This document shows positions 12,211 through 22,232 of a stretch of DNA of 24,000 nt, piece after piece. A program made the position numbers and the translations under genes. The notes under the pieces were generated by a model. The model had not been told where the DNA came from, made no database searches, and was given only the letters and a program-made list of their open reading frames with translations. This DNA comes from Acutalibacteraceae bacterium (GTDB lineage Bacteria; Bacillota; Clostridia; Oscillospirales; Acutalibacteraceae): contig JAZRQQ010000120.1 of assembly GCA_045649935.1 (NCBI GenBank), positions 1 through 24,000 of the forward strand, written 5' to 3'. The first letter of the stretch is position 1. Every line of letters starts with the position of its first letter.

Positions 12211-13542
12211 TTAATATTTACCTAAATATTTGTCAATCTCCCACTGAGAAACTCTTGTGCTGTATTCACGCCATTCTTCTTCCTTGGCAGCAATATACTT
12301 GCTCCATACGTGCTCGCCTACTGCTTCTTTTGCAAAGGGGCTCTTTTTAAATTCTCTGAGAGCATCGTATAAGGTCTTGGGAAGAGAATGAATATCAGCC
12401 TCTCTTCTTTCGTCCTTGGTAAGCTTATAGATATTTGAATCCTCAGGAGAGGGAGGTGTAAGCTTTCTTTCCACACCGTCAAGACCTGCCTGAAGAATAG
12501 CAGCCATAACAAGATAGGGGTTAGCTGCAGGGTCAGGATTACGAAGCTCAATTCTTGTGCCTGTACCTCTTGCTGTAGGAATACGGATAAGAGGACTTCT
12601 GTTCTTTGCTGACCAGGCAATATATACGGGAGCTTCATAGCCGGGAACAAGTCTCTTATAAGAGTTGACTATAGGATTGGTAAGAACAGTAATAGACTTG
12701 ATATGCTCCATAACACCGGCGATAAAGTTATATGCAACCTCACTCAATCCTCTTTCGTCATTCTCGTCACAGAAAGCATTTTTGTTTCCGTTGAAAAGAG
12801 AAATGTTGATATGCATACCTGAGCCGCAGATACCGTAAATAGGCTTGGGCATAAAGGTAGCATAAAGGCCGTGCTGATTTGCAAGATTCTTTACAACATA
12901 CTTGAAGGTCATTACGTTATCTGCAGTTTTAAGCACTTCATCATATCTGAAATCAATTTCGTGCTGTGCAGGAGCATTTTCGTGATGTGAAGCTTCAACC
13001 TCAAAGCCCATCTTTTCAAGGCAGAGGCAGATTTCTCTGCGGCAGCCTTCACCTCTGTCAACGGGACCTAAATCAAAATATCCGCCCATATCGTAGCTTC
13101 TTGTTGTAGGCTTATCGTGTTCATCAAGATGGAAAAGGAAAAACTCACATTCGGGACCGATGTTGCAGGTATATCCCATATCCGCTGCTCTTTTTATTGC
13201 ACGGCGGAGCACATAACGGGGGTCACCCTCAAAGGGAGTTCCGTCAGAGTTGTAAACGTCACAGATAAGTCTTGCTGTCTTGCCTGTATTTTCATCCCAG
13301 GGAAGAATAACGAAAGAGTCAAGGTCAGGATGAAGACACATATCACTTTCTTCTATTCTTACAAAGCCGTCTATGGATGAACCGTCAAACATACAGCGGT
13401 TGTCAAGTGCCTTCTGAAGCTGACTTGTAGTTATAGAAACACTTTTAAGAGTACCGAGAATATCAGTAAACTGCAGATCAATAAAGTTTACCTTCTCTTC
13501 TTTTGTAATACGGATTATATCTTCCTTTGTATAAACGCTCAT
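12211..13542 (-). CDS. glnA: Glutamine synthetase, type I
   Basis: 443 aa. It has 'FDGSSIDGF', 'GPECEFFLF', '[13 protein letters not shown]', '[17 protein letters not shown]' and 'NRSPLIRIP', which are classical GS-I motifs. Confidence 0.93.
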   Translation of the reverse strand: MSVYTKEDIIRITKEEKVNFIDLQFTDILGTLKSVSITTSQLQKALDNRCMFDGSSIDGFVRIEESDMCLHPDLDSFVILPWDENTGKTARLICDVYNSDGTPFEGDPRYVLRRAIKRAADMGYTCNIGPECEFFLFHLDEHDKPTTRSYDMGGYFDLGPVDRGEGCRREICLCLEKMGFEVEASHHENAPAQHEIDFRYDEVLKTADNVMTFKYVVKNLANQHGLYATFMPKPIYGICGSGMHINISLFNGNKNAFCDENDERGLSEVAYNFIAGVMEHIKSITVLTNPIVNSYKRLVPGYEAPVYIAWSAKNRSPLIRIPTARGTGTRIELRNPDPAANPYLVMAAILQAGLDGVERKLTPPSPEDSNIYKLTKDERREADIHSLPKTLYDALREFKKSPFAKEAVGEHVWSKYIAAKEEEWREYSTRVSQWEIDKYLGKY

Positions 13543-13637
13543 TTGACTACCTCTTTCATTAACAGGAAATAATAACTGATATTTGAACTAATATACCATA
13601 TTATATAATTATTTGTCAACGGAAAACACTGCAGACA

Positions 13638-13672
13638 AATAAAAAAACACCTATCCGTACGGACAGGTGTTT
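13638..13672 (-). terminator. Terminator of the 13687-14199 gene
   Basis: AAACACCTaTCCG / ta / CGGAcAGGTGTTT at 13645-13672 (one mismatch), followed on the minus strand by TTTTTTT. Confidence 0.75.
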
Positions 13673-13686
13673 AACTGTTTACTTTA

Positions 13687-14199
13687 TCAGAAATCAACAG
13701 CGCCTTCAAAAATCTTTGCGAAGTATTCGAAGATCTGATTGAATCTTGCGAAAATAGAAGCAATTAATGCCCAGAAGGATACGTTTTCCTTGATTTCCTC
13801 TTCGTGGAATACTGCTACAAAAACAACTTCGTCACCGTTAGCAACACCAGCGGGAAGCTTGAGTGTGCCTGAGTAACCCTGATTGCCTGTGGGCTCCCAC
13901 TTACCTTCTTTTACCTTGTATTCTTCCCAGTACTTGAAGGTGTACTTTGTTGTTTCGGTTGATTCCTTAGCGGGAGTTTCGGGATATCCGTAGTATTTGA
14001 AATACTCTACAAGGTTCTCGCTTGCATCAATCTTAACAACGTTCTTGGGTTCACCGTTTTCGATGTCATCTGCATCCCAATAGAACTTAACTGTAACTAA
14101 GGGAGCTTCTGTTTCTGTTGAATCTTCTGCAAATGCCATTACGCTTACTGCTGAGAACATAAGAATAACAGCAAGAATGACTGATAATACTTTTTTCAT
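13687..14199 (-). CDS. Secreted hypothetical protein (signal peptide)
   Basis: N-terminus 'MKKVLSVILAVILMFSAVSVMAFA' is signal-peptide-like. RBS GGAGGAAA. No family recognised. Confidence 0.6.
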   Translation of the reverse strand: MKKVLSVILAVILMFSAVSVMAFAEDSTETEAPLVTVKFYWDADDIENGEPKNVVKIDASENLVEYFKYYGYPETPAKESTETTKYTFKYWEEYKVKEGKWEPTGNQGYSGTLKLPAGVANGDEVVFVAVFHEEEIKENVSFWALIASIFARFNQIFEYFAKIFEGAVDF

Positions 14200-14421
14200 A
14201 TTAATTTCCTCCAGATTCTGAATTAATATATGTCTAAAGACATTTATACAAGAAGATTATAAATGAAAATTCACTGTTTGTCAATATTTAAAACCATATT
14301 TGAACTTTATTTTACTTATTTTACCCTACAAATATTCTGTTAACTTTTTGTTCAACTTTACGTATCAAAGTTACATAACATCAGAGATACAATTTTCCAA
14401 AAGGACAAAAGAGATGATAAA

Positions 14422-15258
14422 ATGAAAAACTGTTGGTTTGACGGAAAAACCGTAATAATTACAGGTGCTTCAAGCGGAATAGGTAAAAACATCACTGAAA
14501 AGCTTATAAAGGAACACTCCTGCAAGGTAATCGGTATTGCAAGAAACAAGGAAAGGCTTGAGCTTTTAAAGGAAAGTCTCGGTGTCTTCGGAAAGGATTT
14601 TTCCTATTATAACTTTGATGTTTCCGTAAGAGAGAACTGGGAAAGCTTTGCTGAATCGGCTGAGAAGGAAAACCTTCGTCCGGATATACTTATAAATAAT
14701 GCAGGTATTCTTCCTAAATTCGATAAATTCGATAACTACTCTGTCGAAGAAATAGATAAGGCAATGCAGATTAATTTCTACTCCTGCGTTTATTCTATGA
14801 AAGCACTTATGCCCCTTATTCTCAAATCCCCGTCGGCAGCAATAATTAACATCGCTTCATCTGCTGCCCTTTGCTCCCTTGCTGGTACATCCGTTTACTC
14901 GGCAAGTAAGGCTGCTCTTAAAAGCTTTACCGATGCCGTCCGTGAAGAGCACAGACGGGACTGCTATGTAGGTCTTGTCTGCCCCGGCTTTACAAAGACA
15001 AATATTTTCTGCAACCAGGGTGTAACCGTCGAAGGCACTGCACAGAAGGCAATGAATCTTATAAGCACCGACTGTGAAAGAATGACCGACCTTATTATAA
15101 GAGGTATGAAAAACAAAAGAGAGGATATGGTTTTCGGTACGGATGCTCACTTTATGAGTGTTGGCAATAAGCTTTTAGGCACCGCCTGCTCCCATATAAG
15201 CAGTAAGGTAATGGAGATATCAAAGCTCGAACTGTTTAAAAAGGTATTTGAAAAATAA
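14422..15258 (+). CDS. Short-chain dehydrogenase/reductase (SDR) family oxidoreductase
   Basis: 'TGASSGIG' cofactor motif, 'NNAG', and catalytic 'YSASKAAL'. Confidence 0.85.
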   Translation: MKNCWFDGKTVIITGASSGIGKNITEKLIKEHSCKVIGIARNKERLELLKESLGVFGKDFSYYNFDVSVRENWESFAESAEKENLRPDILINNAGILPKFDKFDNYSVEEIDKAMQINFYSCVYSMKALMPLILKSPSAAIINIASSAALCSLAGTSVYSASKAALKSFTDAVREEHRRDCYVGLVCPGFTKTNIFCNQGVTVEGTAQKAMNLISTDCERMTDLIIRGMKNKREDMVFGTDAHFMSVGNKLLGTACSHISSKVMEISKLELFKKVFEK

Positions 15259-15276
15259 ACAACCCGATAAAAATAT

Positions 15277-15310
15277 AAACGGCTGTCAGATGACAGCCGT
15301 TTGATTTTTA
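15277..15310. terminator. Bidirectional terminator between convergent genes
   Basis: AAACGGCTGTC-agat-GACAGCCGTTT at 15277-15302, an 11-bp stem with A and T runs on either side. Confidence 0.8.
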
Positions 15311-15311
15311 A

Positions 15312-16250
15312 TTAATAAGTAAATGTCCACTTTTCATCAAGGAAGCCTTCAAAAGAAGCATTACCTGAGAAGAATGTAATCTGTGCTTCACCGTAACCGG
15401 TCATAGGCATATAGTTTGAAAGAGCTGTAACCTTACCGTCAGCATTTACGGTAAACTTAACTGTTGAGCCGGGATACTTCATATCTGCCTTTTTGATTGT
15501 TACACCGGGAAGATCAAGTGATGCTATATCAAGATAGCCGATTGCTGTTGAGTTGTGAGAAGGAACGGGAGATGCTGCTGTTGTGGTTTCCTCTGTAAGA
15601 ACAATTGTATAAACAGTGTCAGTGCCTACTGTCTCTGCTACTGCAGAAACAACGCCTGCATCAGTAAGTACGAAATCCTTGTTAATGGGAGGAATAAGAG
15701 CAAACATTGTCTCTCCGGCTGCTGTCTTACCGCCTACAAAATCGTAATCAACCTCTTCTGCACCGGCAATGTTCTGAATGATATCATTGATAACATCAAC
15801 AGCTGCTGAAACTGAACAGTCAGTAACATTAACTACGATGTTCTCTGATTTATGAGCCTTTACATTCTGCTCTGCCTTAAGAGCGGCAATATAAGTATTT
15901 GCCTTTTCAATTACTTCCTGCTTTGTCATACTGCCTGTGTTTGCAGCCGTTGTATCCGGAGGTGTAACGGGAGTAACTTCAGTAGGCTCGGTAACAGCGT
16001 CAGTTACGGGAGCTGTTGTAGGAGCAGTTGTAGGAACTGTTGTAGGTACCGTTGTGGGTGCTGTTGTAGGAGCAGTTGTGGGAGCTGTTGTAGGAGCAGT
16101 TGTCTGCTGAACAGGTGTTACGGTATTTACAACCTCCTGTGTTGTGTCGAGATTTGCCTTTCTCTCTTTATATGTGCCGATTTCAAAGCCCATTACAAAA
16201 AACCATACGCTGAGAACTACGGCAACGGCAATTTTTATTTCTTTTTTCAT
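15312..16250 (-). CDS. Membrane-anchored extracellular protein with Thr/Pro-rich linker
   Basis: N-terminal TM 'IAVAVVLSVWFFVMGF', then a (TTAP/TTVP)x8 linker, then a ~220-aa domain of unknown function. Confidence 0.65.
   Translation of the reverse strand: MKKEIKIAVAVVLSVWFFVMGFEIGTYKERKANLDTTQEVVNTVTPVQQTTAPTTAPTTAPTTAPTTVPTTVPTTAPTTAPVTDAVTEPTEVTPVTPPDTTAANTGSMTKQEVIEKANTYIAALKAEQNVKAHKSENIVVNVTDCSVSAAVDVINDIIQNIAGAEEVDYDFVGGKTAAGETMFALIPPINKDFVLTDAGVVSAVAETVGTDTVYTIVLTEETTTAASPVPSHNSTAIGYLDIASLDLPGVTIKKADMKYPGSTVKFTVNADGKVTALSNYMPMTGYGEAQITFFSGNASFEGFLDEKWTFTY
16008..16103 (-). repeat. Eight tandem 12-bp coding repeats (TTAP/TTVP linker)
   Basis: ggagcagttgta-type units encode residues 50-81 of the 15312-16250 protein. 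Confidence 0.85.
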
Positions 16251-16370
16251 AACTCAATCTCCTTTATATTAATATATACTATTATACACGTAAAAGCATT
16301 ACTTATAATTTACTCGGTTTTCGTCTTTTTGTCAATAGAAAGGAAAAATAATATGGTAAATATTTCGTGA

Positions 16371-16423
16371 ATAAAAGAAAAGCCCGCAGACTGCACTTAC
16401 CTGAGTAAGGCATAATCTGCGGG
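16371..16423 (-). terminator. Terminator of the TRAP operon
   Basis: CCCGCAGA 16383-16390 / TCTGCGGG 16416-16423, with an inner helix CTTAC/GTAAG. A T-rich run follows on the minus strand. Confidence 0.6.
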
Positions 16424-16436
16424 AAATATTTTTTAG

Positions 16437-18413
16437 TTATGCAGCATCCGTCACTTCTGCCACAGGTGCTGAGGGACCGTTCTTTTTCTTTGAAGAAAGC
16501 TTCTGAATAACGGCAACAACCACAATAATTCCGAGACCGATAGCATCGGTAACAACGCCGGGATAAATAAGAAGCAAGCCGCCGATAATGCTCAGAATTC
16601 TTTCAGGCCATGACATACGGCATAGGAAATATCCCTGAAGTGAAGCTGAAACAGCAAAGATACCTGCAAAGGATGTGATGCAGATAAGGATAACCTCCCA
16701 TGCACTTGTGTCGATAAACAGCATTGCGGGATTGAGAGCAAATACATAAGGAACAATAAAGGCGCCTATAGCAAGCTTTGTAGCCGTAAATGCAGTTTTC
16801 ATGGGATTTGCCTGAGCAATTGCAGCACCGGCATAAGCGGCAAGAGCAACAGGCGGTGTAAGGTCTGCAACAATACCGAAATAGAAAACAAAGAAATGAG
16901 CAGCAATCATAGGAACGCCCATCTGAACAAGAATGGGAGCGCAGGTTGCAGCCATAATACAGTAGTTAGCTGTAGTGGGAACACCCATACCGAGAATAAT
17001 ACAGCAAAGCATTGTAAGGAAGAGAGCAATAATAACCTGATTGCCCGCAATAGCAACAATACCGTTAAAGAGTGTATATGCAAGACCGGTAACACCGATA
17101 ATACCTGCAATAACACCTGCAACACCGCAGGCAGCAGCTACGGTGATCATACCGCGTCCGCCGGCAGCAAGAGCCTCAAAGAAGCGCTTGGGTGTGATTC
17201 TGTGTTCTTTGTTGAAAAGACTTACAACGATTGAAGCAACAATTGCAATTGCAGCTGCATAAGCAATTGAACGTGTGCTTGTACCTACAAGATAGATAAG
17301 AAGAACAAGAGGGAAGAGAAGATAGCTCTGCTTGATAAGAGGCTTGAGTCTGGGTAATTCTTCCTTGCTCAGACCCTTGAGTCCTTCCTTCTTGGCTTCA
17401 AGATGAACAGCAATAAATACGCCTGCAAAATAGAGAACTGCCGGAAGAATAGCTTTTACAACGATGTTTGAATAAGGAACACCTATTGTTTCAGCCATAA
17501 GGAAAGCAGCAGCACCCATAATGGGAGGCATAATCTGACCGCCCGTTGATGCTGAAGCCTCTGCAGCTGCAGCAAATTCAGGCTTGTAGCCTGTACGCTT
17601 CATAAGAGGAATAGTAACTGCACCTGATCCTACCGTATTGGCAACGGATGAGCCGGAAACCATACCCTCCATAGCTGAAGCAACAACAGCTACCTTTGCA
17701 GGACCGCCTGAGAAACGGCCTACGAGTGCATTGGAAATGTTGATAAAGAAATCTGCAATACCGGTTCTTTCAAGGAAAGCACCGAAAATGATAAACATTG
17801 CAATATATTTTGAGCATACGTTTACGGGAGTTGAGAGGATACCCTCCTTTGAATAGAAGAGAACTCTTACGTTTTCCGTAATACGTGCAAACATATCGGG
17901 ATTGGTTGAGCCCCAGATAAGAGCATAGACAAGCAGAACACCCGCAACGATAAGAATAGGAAGACCTACACTTCTGCGGCAAAGCTCAGCAAGACAGACA
18001 ATACCGATAATGCCTATGATAACTTCTATGTTTGTAATTTTGAATCTTGAAACGATTTCTGACGCATTAAGTGCGTAATATAAGAATGAGCCCGTACCGG
18101 CTATCATAAAAATAAAATCATACCAGGGTATGTGGTTAGCCTTCTGAACACCCTTTTTTATGGGGAACACAAGATAACCTATAAGCATAATGAATGCCAT
18201 AAAAGATGCAAGTCTCAATTCATCAAGCCATGTAGCAAACAGTGTAACATAAATACAGAACACAGCAAATGCCGCAAGAATACAGTTTACAACTGTTCCG
18301 GGAACGCCGTTCCATACACGTGTGTTTGATTCACGGTCGAATTTTTTCATAACATCATCAAGATCCATGCTTTCAGGTGTTACTTCAGAGTTGTTTTTCT
18401 TGAAAAATCCCAT
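16437..18413 (-). CDS. TRAP transporter fused permease (TAXI-associated DctQ-DctM fusion type)
   Basis: 658-aa polytopic membrane protein located immediately downstream of a TAXI-type binding protein. RBS GGAGG. Confidence 0.8.
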   Translation of the reverse strand: MGFFKKNNSEVTPESMDLDDVMKKFDRESNTRVWNGVPGTVVNCILAAFAVFCIYVTLFATWLDELRLASFMAFIMLIGYLVFPIKKGVQKANHIPWYDFIFMIAGTGSFLYYALNASEIVSRFKITNIEVIIGIIGIVCLAELCRRSVGLPILIVAGVLLVYALIWGSTNPDMFARITENVRVLFYSKEGILSTPVNVCSKYIAMFIIFGAFLERTGIADFFINISNALVGRFSGGPAKVAVVASAMEGMVSGSSVANTVGSGAVTIPLMKRTGYKPEFAAAAEASASTGGQIMPPIMGAAAFLMAETIGVPYSNIVVKAILPAVLYFAGVFIAVHLEAKKEGLKGLSKEELPRLKPLIKQSYLLFPLVLLIYLVGTSTRSIAYAAAIAIVASIVVSLFNKEHRITPKRFFEALAAGGRGMITVAAACGVAGVIAGIIGVTGLAYTLFNGIVAIAGNQVIIALFLTMLCCIILGMGVPTTANYCIMAATCAPILVQMGVPMIAAHFFVFYFGIVADLTPPVALAAYAGAAIAQANPMKTAFTATKLAIGAFIVPYVFALNPAMLFIDTSAWEVILICITSFAGIFAVSASLQGYFLCRMSWPERILSIIGGLLLIYPGVVTDAIGLGIIVVVAVIQKLSSKKKNGPSAPVAEVTDAA

Positions 18414-18442
18414 AATTGCCTCCTTTATTTTACCAAAATTTT

Positions 18443-18477
18443 CAGAAAAAACAGGCTGCAGTTGCTTCGACTGCAGC
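18443..18477 (-). terminator. Intercistronic hairpin/attenuator between the binding-protein and permease genes
   Basis: GGCTGCAGT 18453-18461 / ACTGCAGCC 18469-18477, followed on the minus strand by tgttttttct. Confidence 0.55.
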
Positions 18478-18501
18478 CGATAATTCAGATGTAAAGGTCA
18501 A

Positions 18502-19452
18502 TTATTTTGTTTCAACAGTAACGCCTTTTTCTGCAAAGTACTTAGCAGCGCCTGCATGGAAGGGAGCTGTCATACCGCTTGTTGCGTTTTCGATTGAAAG
18601 CTCAGCACTCTTTGCGTGTGTGATAGCATCAGCATTTTCAAAAATAGCCTTTGTGATGTTGTATACATCTTCTTCAGCAGCATTTGCACTTACGATAAGA
18701 GTAGCCTTGACTGTAACTGTCTTGACTGCCTTCTTCTGACCGTCATAGGTCTTTGCGGGAATCTCATATACTGTGTAGTAAGGAGAAGCTTCCATAAGCT
18801 TGTCAGCGATTTCACCGTCGATGGGAACGAGGTAAGCATCAGCTGATGTGCAAAGCTCCTGGATAGCGGGTGTGGGAGCACCTGCAACGATGAATGCTGC
18901 GTCAATCTTCTTGTCCTTGAGAGCGTCAGCTGAATCACCGAATGACTGATACTGAGGCTGGATGTCTTCCTCTGTAAGGCCTGCTGCTGCAAGAACATCG
19001 ATTGCGTTGAAGTAAACGCCTGAGCCTGCTGCACCGATAGAAACCTTCTTACCCTTAAGGTCAGCAACTGACTTGATTTCGGGATCCATTGTGATTAACT
19101 GAACAGCTTCTGCATAGAGACCGCCGATAACTCTGAAGGACTCAAGAGCGCCTTCGGTTTCGAATGTACGTAAGCCTGCCCATGCATAAGCCATAACGTC
19201 TGACTGAACTGTACCGAGCTGATAGTTGCCGGCATCAATACCGAGAATGTTTGCTTTTGAACCGTCTGTTGAAACAACGTTTACTGTGATACCTGTAGCT
19301 TCCTTAAGGTGGTTACCGAGAACACCGCCGTAAGCGTAATATGTGCCCTGTGTACCGCCGGTACCCATTGTCATAGCTGTTGTACCGCCACCGCAAGCAA
19401 CAAGTGTGAAGAGCATAAGAGCTGCAAGAAGCACTGCAAGAATTTTTTTCAT
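18502..19452 (-). CDS. TAXI-family TRAP transporter solute-binding lipoprotein
   Basis: The start is moved to ATG 19452 (RBS GGAGG). Lipobox 'LVAC'. 'TMGTGGTQGTYYAYGGVLG' is typical of TAXI/Imp-type receptors. Confidence 0.8.
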   Translation of the reverse strand: MKKILAVLLAALMLFTLVACGGGTTAMTMGTGGTQGTYYAYGGVLGNHLKEATGITVNVVSTDGSKANILGIDAGNYQLGTVQSDVMAYAWAGLRTFETEGALESFRVIGGLYAEAVQLITMDPEIKSVADLKGKKVSIGAAGSGVYFNAIDVLAAAGLTEEDIQPQYQSFGDSADALKDKKIDAAFIVAGAPTPAIQELCTSADAYLVPIDGEIADKLMEASPYYTVYEIPAKTYDGQKKAVKTVTVKATLIVSANAAEEDVYNITKAIFENADAITHAKSAELSIENATSGMTAPFHAGAAKYFAEKGVTVETK

Positions 19453-19721
19453 AAAATATTCCTCCGTAAAATATATTTTCCGGGCTCTGCCCAGAATCTG
19501 CCTCATTTAAAATGAATAAATATAAATTCAAATATTCATCTTTCAGAGAATGTGTTTAATATATTAATATATTTGTCACCTTTTTGTCAAGTCTTACAGA
19601 GAAAACTTAAGTATTTTTACCTCTTTTTTCACAAAAATCCTCTTTCTCTTGCTTTTTACGGCAGAGAGATGGTAAAATGGCTATGCAAAATTATGAAAAT
19701 TTATAAAAAAGAAGGTGCCCC

Positions 19722-20513
19722 GTGAATACAGAAAAACCCTTAGCCGACTCCGCGCTTATAAAAAAGCTTCTGAGCTTTGAAAACAACGATATCTCCGTCA
19801 TAACCGTCAGAGAAACCTCATCAACCAACGATGAGGTCAGAAGCCTTGCCGTAAACGGAGCGGAAGGCACTGTTCTCTATGTTGCCGACAGTCAGACAAA
19901 AGGCAGAGGCAGAAAGGGAAGAAGCTTCTTTTCCCCCGACGGCACGGGAATATATATGAGCCTTCTCCTTCACCCCTCCTTACCTGCAGAAAGCTGTACC
20001 CTTCTTACACCTATGTGTGCTGTTGCCGTTTCCGAAGCTATTGAAAGCATCGTTTCTGCCGAAAGTAAAATAAAGTGGGTTAATGATATTTTCATAGACG
20101 GAAGAAAGGTTGCAGGTATTCTTACAGAGGGAGCCTTCACAAAAGGCAGAATCGATTATGCCGTAGTAGGAATCGGTGTAAATATTTCACTCCCGGAAGA
20201 GGATTTCCCCGAAGAAATAAGAAGCACAGCCGGTGCTCTTACAGAAAACCGTACAGATTTCAGAAACGAGCTTATCGCTGAGATAACTAACAGATTTATG
20301 CATTATTATAAACAGCTTCCGAAAAAAGCTTTTCTGGACAAATACAGAGAAAAGCTCCTCTTTCTCGGAGAAGAAATCACTGTTATTGCTGCAGATAAAA
20401 CCTATACTGCAACAGCAGAAGACATAGATGACGACTGCAGACTTATCGTGCGTACTCCCGAAGGAGAAAGAATAGCTCTCGGCAGTGGTGAGATAAGTAT
20501 AAAAATCCGTTGA
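19722..20513 (+). CDS. birA: Biotin--[acetyl-CoA-carboxylase] ligase, without N-terminal repressor HTH
   Basis: GTG start with RBS GAAGGTG. Signature 'QTKGRGRKGRSFFSP' and 'KWVNDI'. At 263 aa there is no room for a wHTH domain. Confidence 0.8.
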   Translation: MNTEKPLADSALIKKLLSFENNDISVITVRETSSTNDEVRSLAVNGAEGTVLYVADSQTKGRGRKGRSFFSPDGTGIYMSLLLHPSLPAESCTLLTPMCAVAVSEAIESIVSAESKIKWVNDIFIDGRKVAGILTEGAFTKGRIDYAVVGIGVNISLPEEDFPEEIRSTAGALTENRTDFRNELIAEITNRFMHYYKQLPKKAFLDKYREKLLFLGEEITVIAADKTYTATAEDIDDDCRLIVRTPEGERIALGSGEISIKIR

Positions 20514-20552
20514 AATCCTTGAAAATCAATAATTATACTATAAGCCTGAACG

Positions 20553-20586
20553 CAAAAAAACTCCGACACGGTCGGAGCTTTTTTGC
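20553..20586 (+). terminator. Rho-independent terminator after birA
   Basis: CTCCGAC 20561-20567 / acg / GTCGGAG 20571-20577, then cTTTTTTG, with an A-run upstream. Confidence 0.8.
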
Positions 20587-20749
20587 TTGGGAATTTGATT
20601 GAGGTAACTATGAAAATGAAAAAACTTTTAGTTTATTTACACAACAATAATATGCTTTCCGTTTAATAAATTCAATGCTTTAAAGGAATTATTTACGATG
20701 CGTTAACAATATTTTTAAGGTTTGTTTTAAGTTAAACGCAGAACTTTTC

Positions 20750-22081
20750 TCATTTAGTAAGGACACCGCCGTCACTGTATAAAAGGAGCATAATATCCCT
20801 CTCTTCACCGGTTACCGCATCAACATAAACAAGAGCCTCCTGGCCCTCTTCATCCTTACAGTGAAATTCGAAGCAGAGAGCTTCCTTTCCCGTCTTAAGA
20901 GGGATAACTGCCTTGCGTGATGAAAGTACTTTAAGAGAGGGCTGAAGAGACTTTCTGCACTCTTCAGATGAAAGTGTGTTTTCATCACATTTTCTTTCTC
21001 GGTGGTTCATCAGATACCCGCTGCTGTCAACAGCAACAGCTTCACCCGTTTCAAGGGAGATTCCCACCTTGATAAGATCTGCGTAATAAATCACGCCGTC
21101 TTTTTCGTAAGCATAATTGACTGTGCAGATACCATCATAGGTGCTGTAATAAGTCTCTGTCATATTTTCTTTAAAGCCCGTTTTTCCGAGATATTCCTTG
21201 CCGCGCATTACGGCTTCACTGTGGCTGATTGTTGCCTCACCGGCATAATCCTCACCTGTAAGATAACACACCTTACCGCCTCTTTTGGTTATCCCCACAG
21301 TCCTGTCTCCCTTTGAAAAGCAGTAAAGACTTATTGTCGAATCAATATCTGCCTCCTGCTTCAGTGCAGCTTCTTCACAGCCGAGAATCTCTCCTGCAAT
21401 TTTTCTTGCCTCATGAGCTGTTATCTCATCACCTGAAAGCCCCAGAGCTTTTTTATTCAGAACAGTATCGGCAAAGGGTCCGTCATACAAAAGAGTCGGA
21501 TAGTCACCCATTGTCTGCTGTGTGTCCGTAAAGCTGTCGGAAAAGCTTATCTGCTCATAGCTTTCATCGGTCATAAGAGTGCTGAGCTTCTGTGAAAAAG
21601 TTACACCTCCGTTATAGTAATCTGATGCTATTTCCTCAAAGGCTTCAGAAAGCTTCCGTGAATAATTGCAAAGCTTCCTCAGATTATCTCTTTCCTCCTG
21701 AGTCATATTCAGTTCGTCCTCCGACGAAAGAGAAGACGTATAATCGCCTACCTGCGACAAAAATTTATATATCTCATCTGTTATCATACTCTCGTCCGTA
21801 AGTCCCGAAAGGCTCACCTTTGCAATGCTTGCTTCACGGTAAAGGTCACTGCCGTTTTTTCTGAGCATTTCCGATGTTCCCGTACAGAGACTTTTCTGCA
21901 GATGGGTAGTGATTTCATCAAGGCTTTCACAGAGCTCGGAAAGGTATTTCTGATTTCTTACCTCTCTTTCCCTTTCAAGATTTTTTATCTTTACGCCGCT
22001 GATAACCGACAGCACAAGAAAGGCAACACACAGCACCGATAACACACCGATTATTTTGTTCTTATCACGGTTATTTTTCAT
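20750..22081 (-). CDS. ypeB: YpeB-like germination protein (N-terminal TM, PepSY-type C-terminal region)
   Basis: 443 aa, with a single N-terminal TM 'IIGVLSVLCVAFLVLSVISGV'. The overall length and N-terminal helical region resemble YpeB as I recall it. Confidence 0.55.
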   Translation of the reverse strand: MKNNRDKNKIIGVLSVLCVAFLVLSVISGVKIKNLEREREVRNQKYLSELCESLDEITTHLQKSLCTGTSEMLRKNGSDLYREASIAKVSLSGLTDESMITDEIYKFLSQVGDYTSSLSSEDELNMTQEERDNLRKLCNYSRKLSEAFEEIASDYYNGGVTFSQKLSTLMTDESYEQISFSDSFTDTQQTMGDYPTLLYDGPFADTVLNKKALGLSGDEITAHEARKIAGEILGCEEAALKQEADIDSTISLYCFSKGDRTVGITKRGGKVCYLTGEDYAGEATISHSEAVMRGKEYLGKTGFKENMTETYYSTYDGICTVNYAYEKDGVIYYADLIKVGISLETGEAVAVDSSGYLMNHRERKCDENTLSSEECRKSLQPSLKVLSSRKAVIPLKTGKEALCFEFHCKDEEGQEALVYVDAVTGEERDIMLLLYSDGGVLTK

Positions 22082-22173
22082 ATATTTTTTCTCCTCTGAA
22101 ATAATATTAGTATTTTATAAAACTATTTTACGAAAAATTTACAAAAATATCCCCTTATTTAGCAATTGTGACG

Positions 22174-22202
22174 TTGAATATTTTTTCGTATTGTAGTATA
22201 AT
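22174..22202 (+). promoter_or_regulatory. Promoter of the cysteine desulfurase-thiI operon
   Basis: TTGAAT 22174-22179, 17 nt, TATAAT 22197-22202. Confidence 0.5.
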
Positions 22203-22232
22203 AACTTGAATATAATGAGGAGGTATGTCCCT

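Noticed and set aside
16008-16103. Possible CRISPR-like periodic repeat
   Set aside because: The period is 12 bp with no spacers, it is in frame within a CDS, and it encodes a TTAP linker. It is not a CRISPR array, and no CRISPR array was seen anywhere in the window.
15852-16370. 172-aa Cys/Arg-rich + strand ORF
   Set aside because: It is the antisense reading of the TTAP repeat region of the 15312-16250 gene. Its repetitive CCR/SSC composition is a repeat artefact.
16896-19531. Multiple short ORFs on both strands inside the TRAP permease and TAXI genes
   Set aside because: They are alternative or antisense frames of two strongly supported transporter CDSs.
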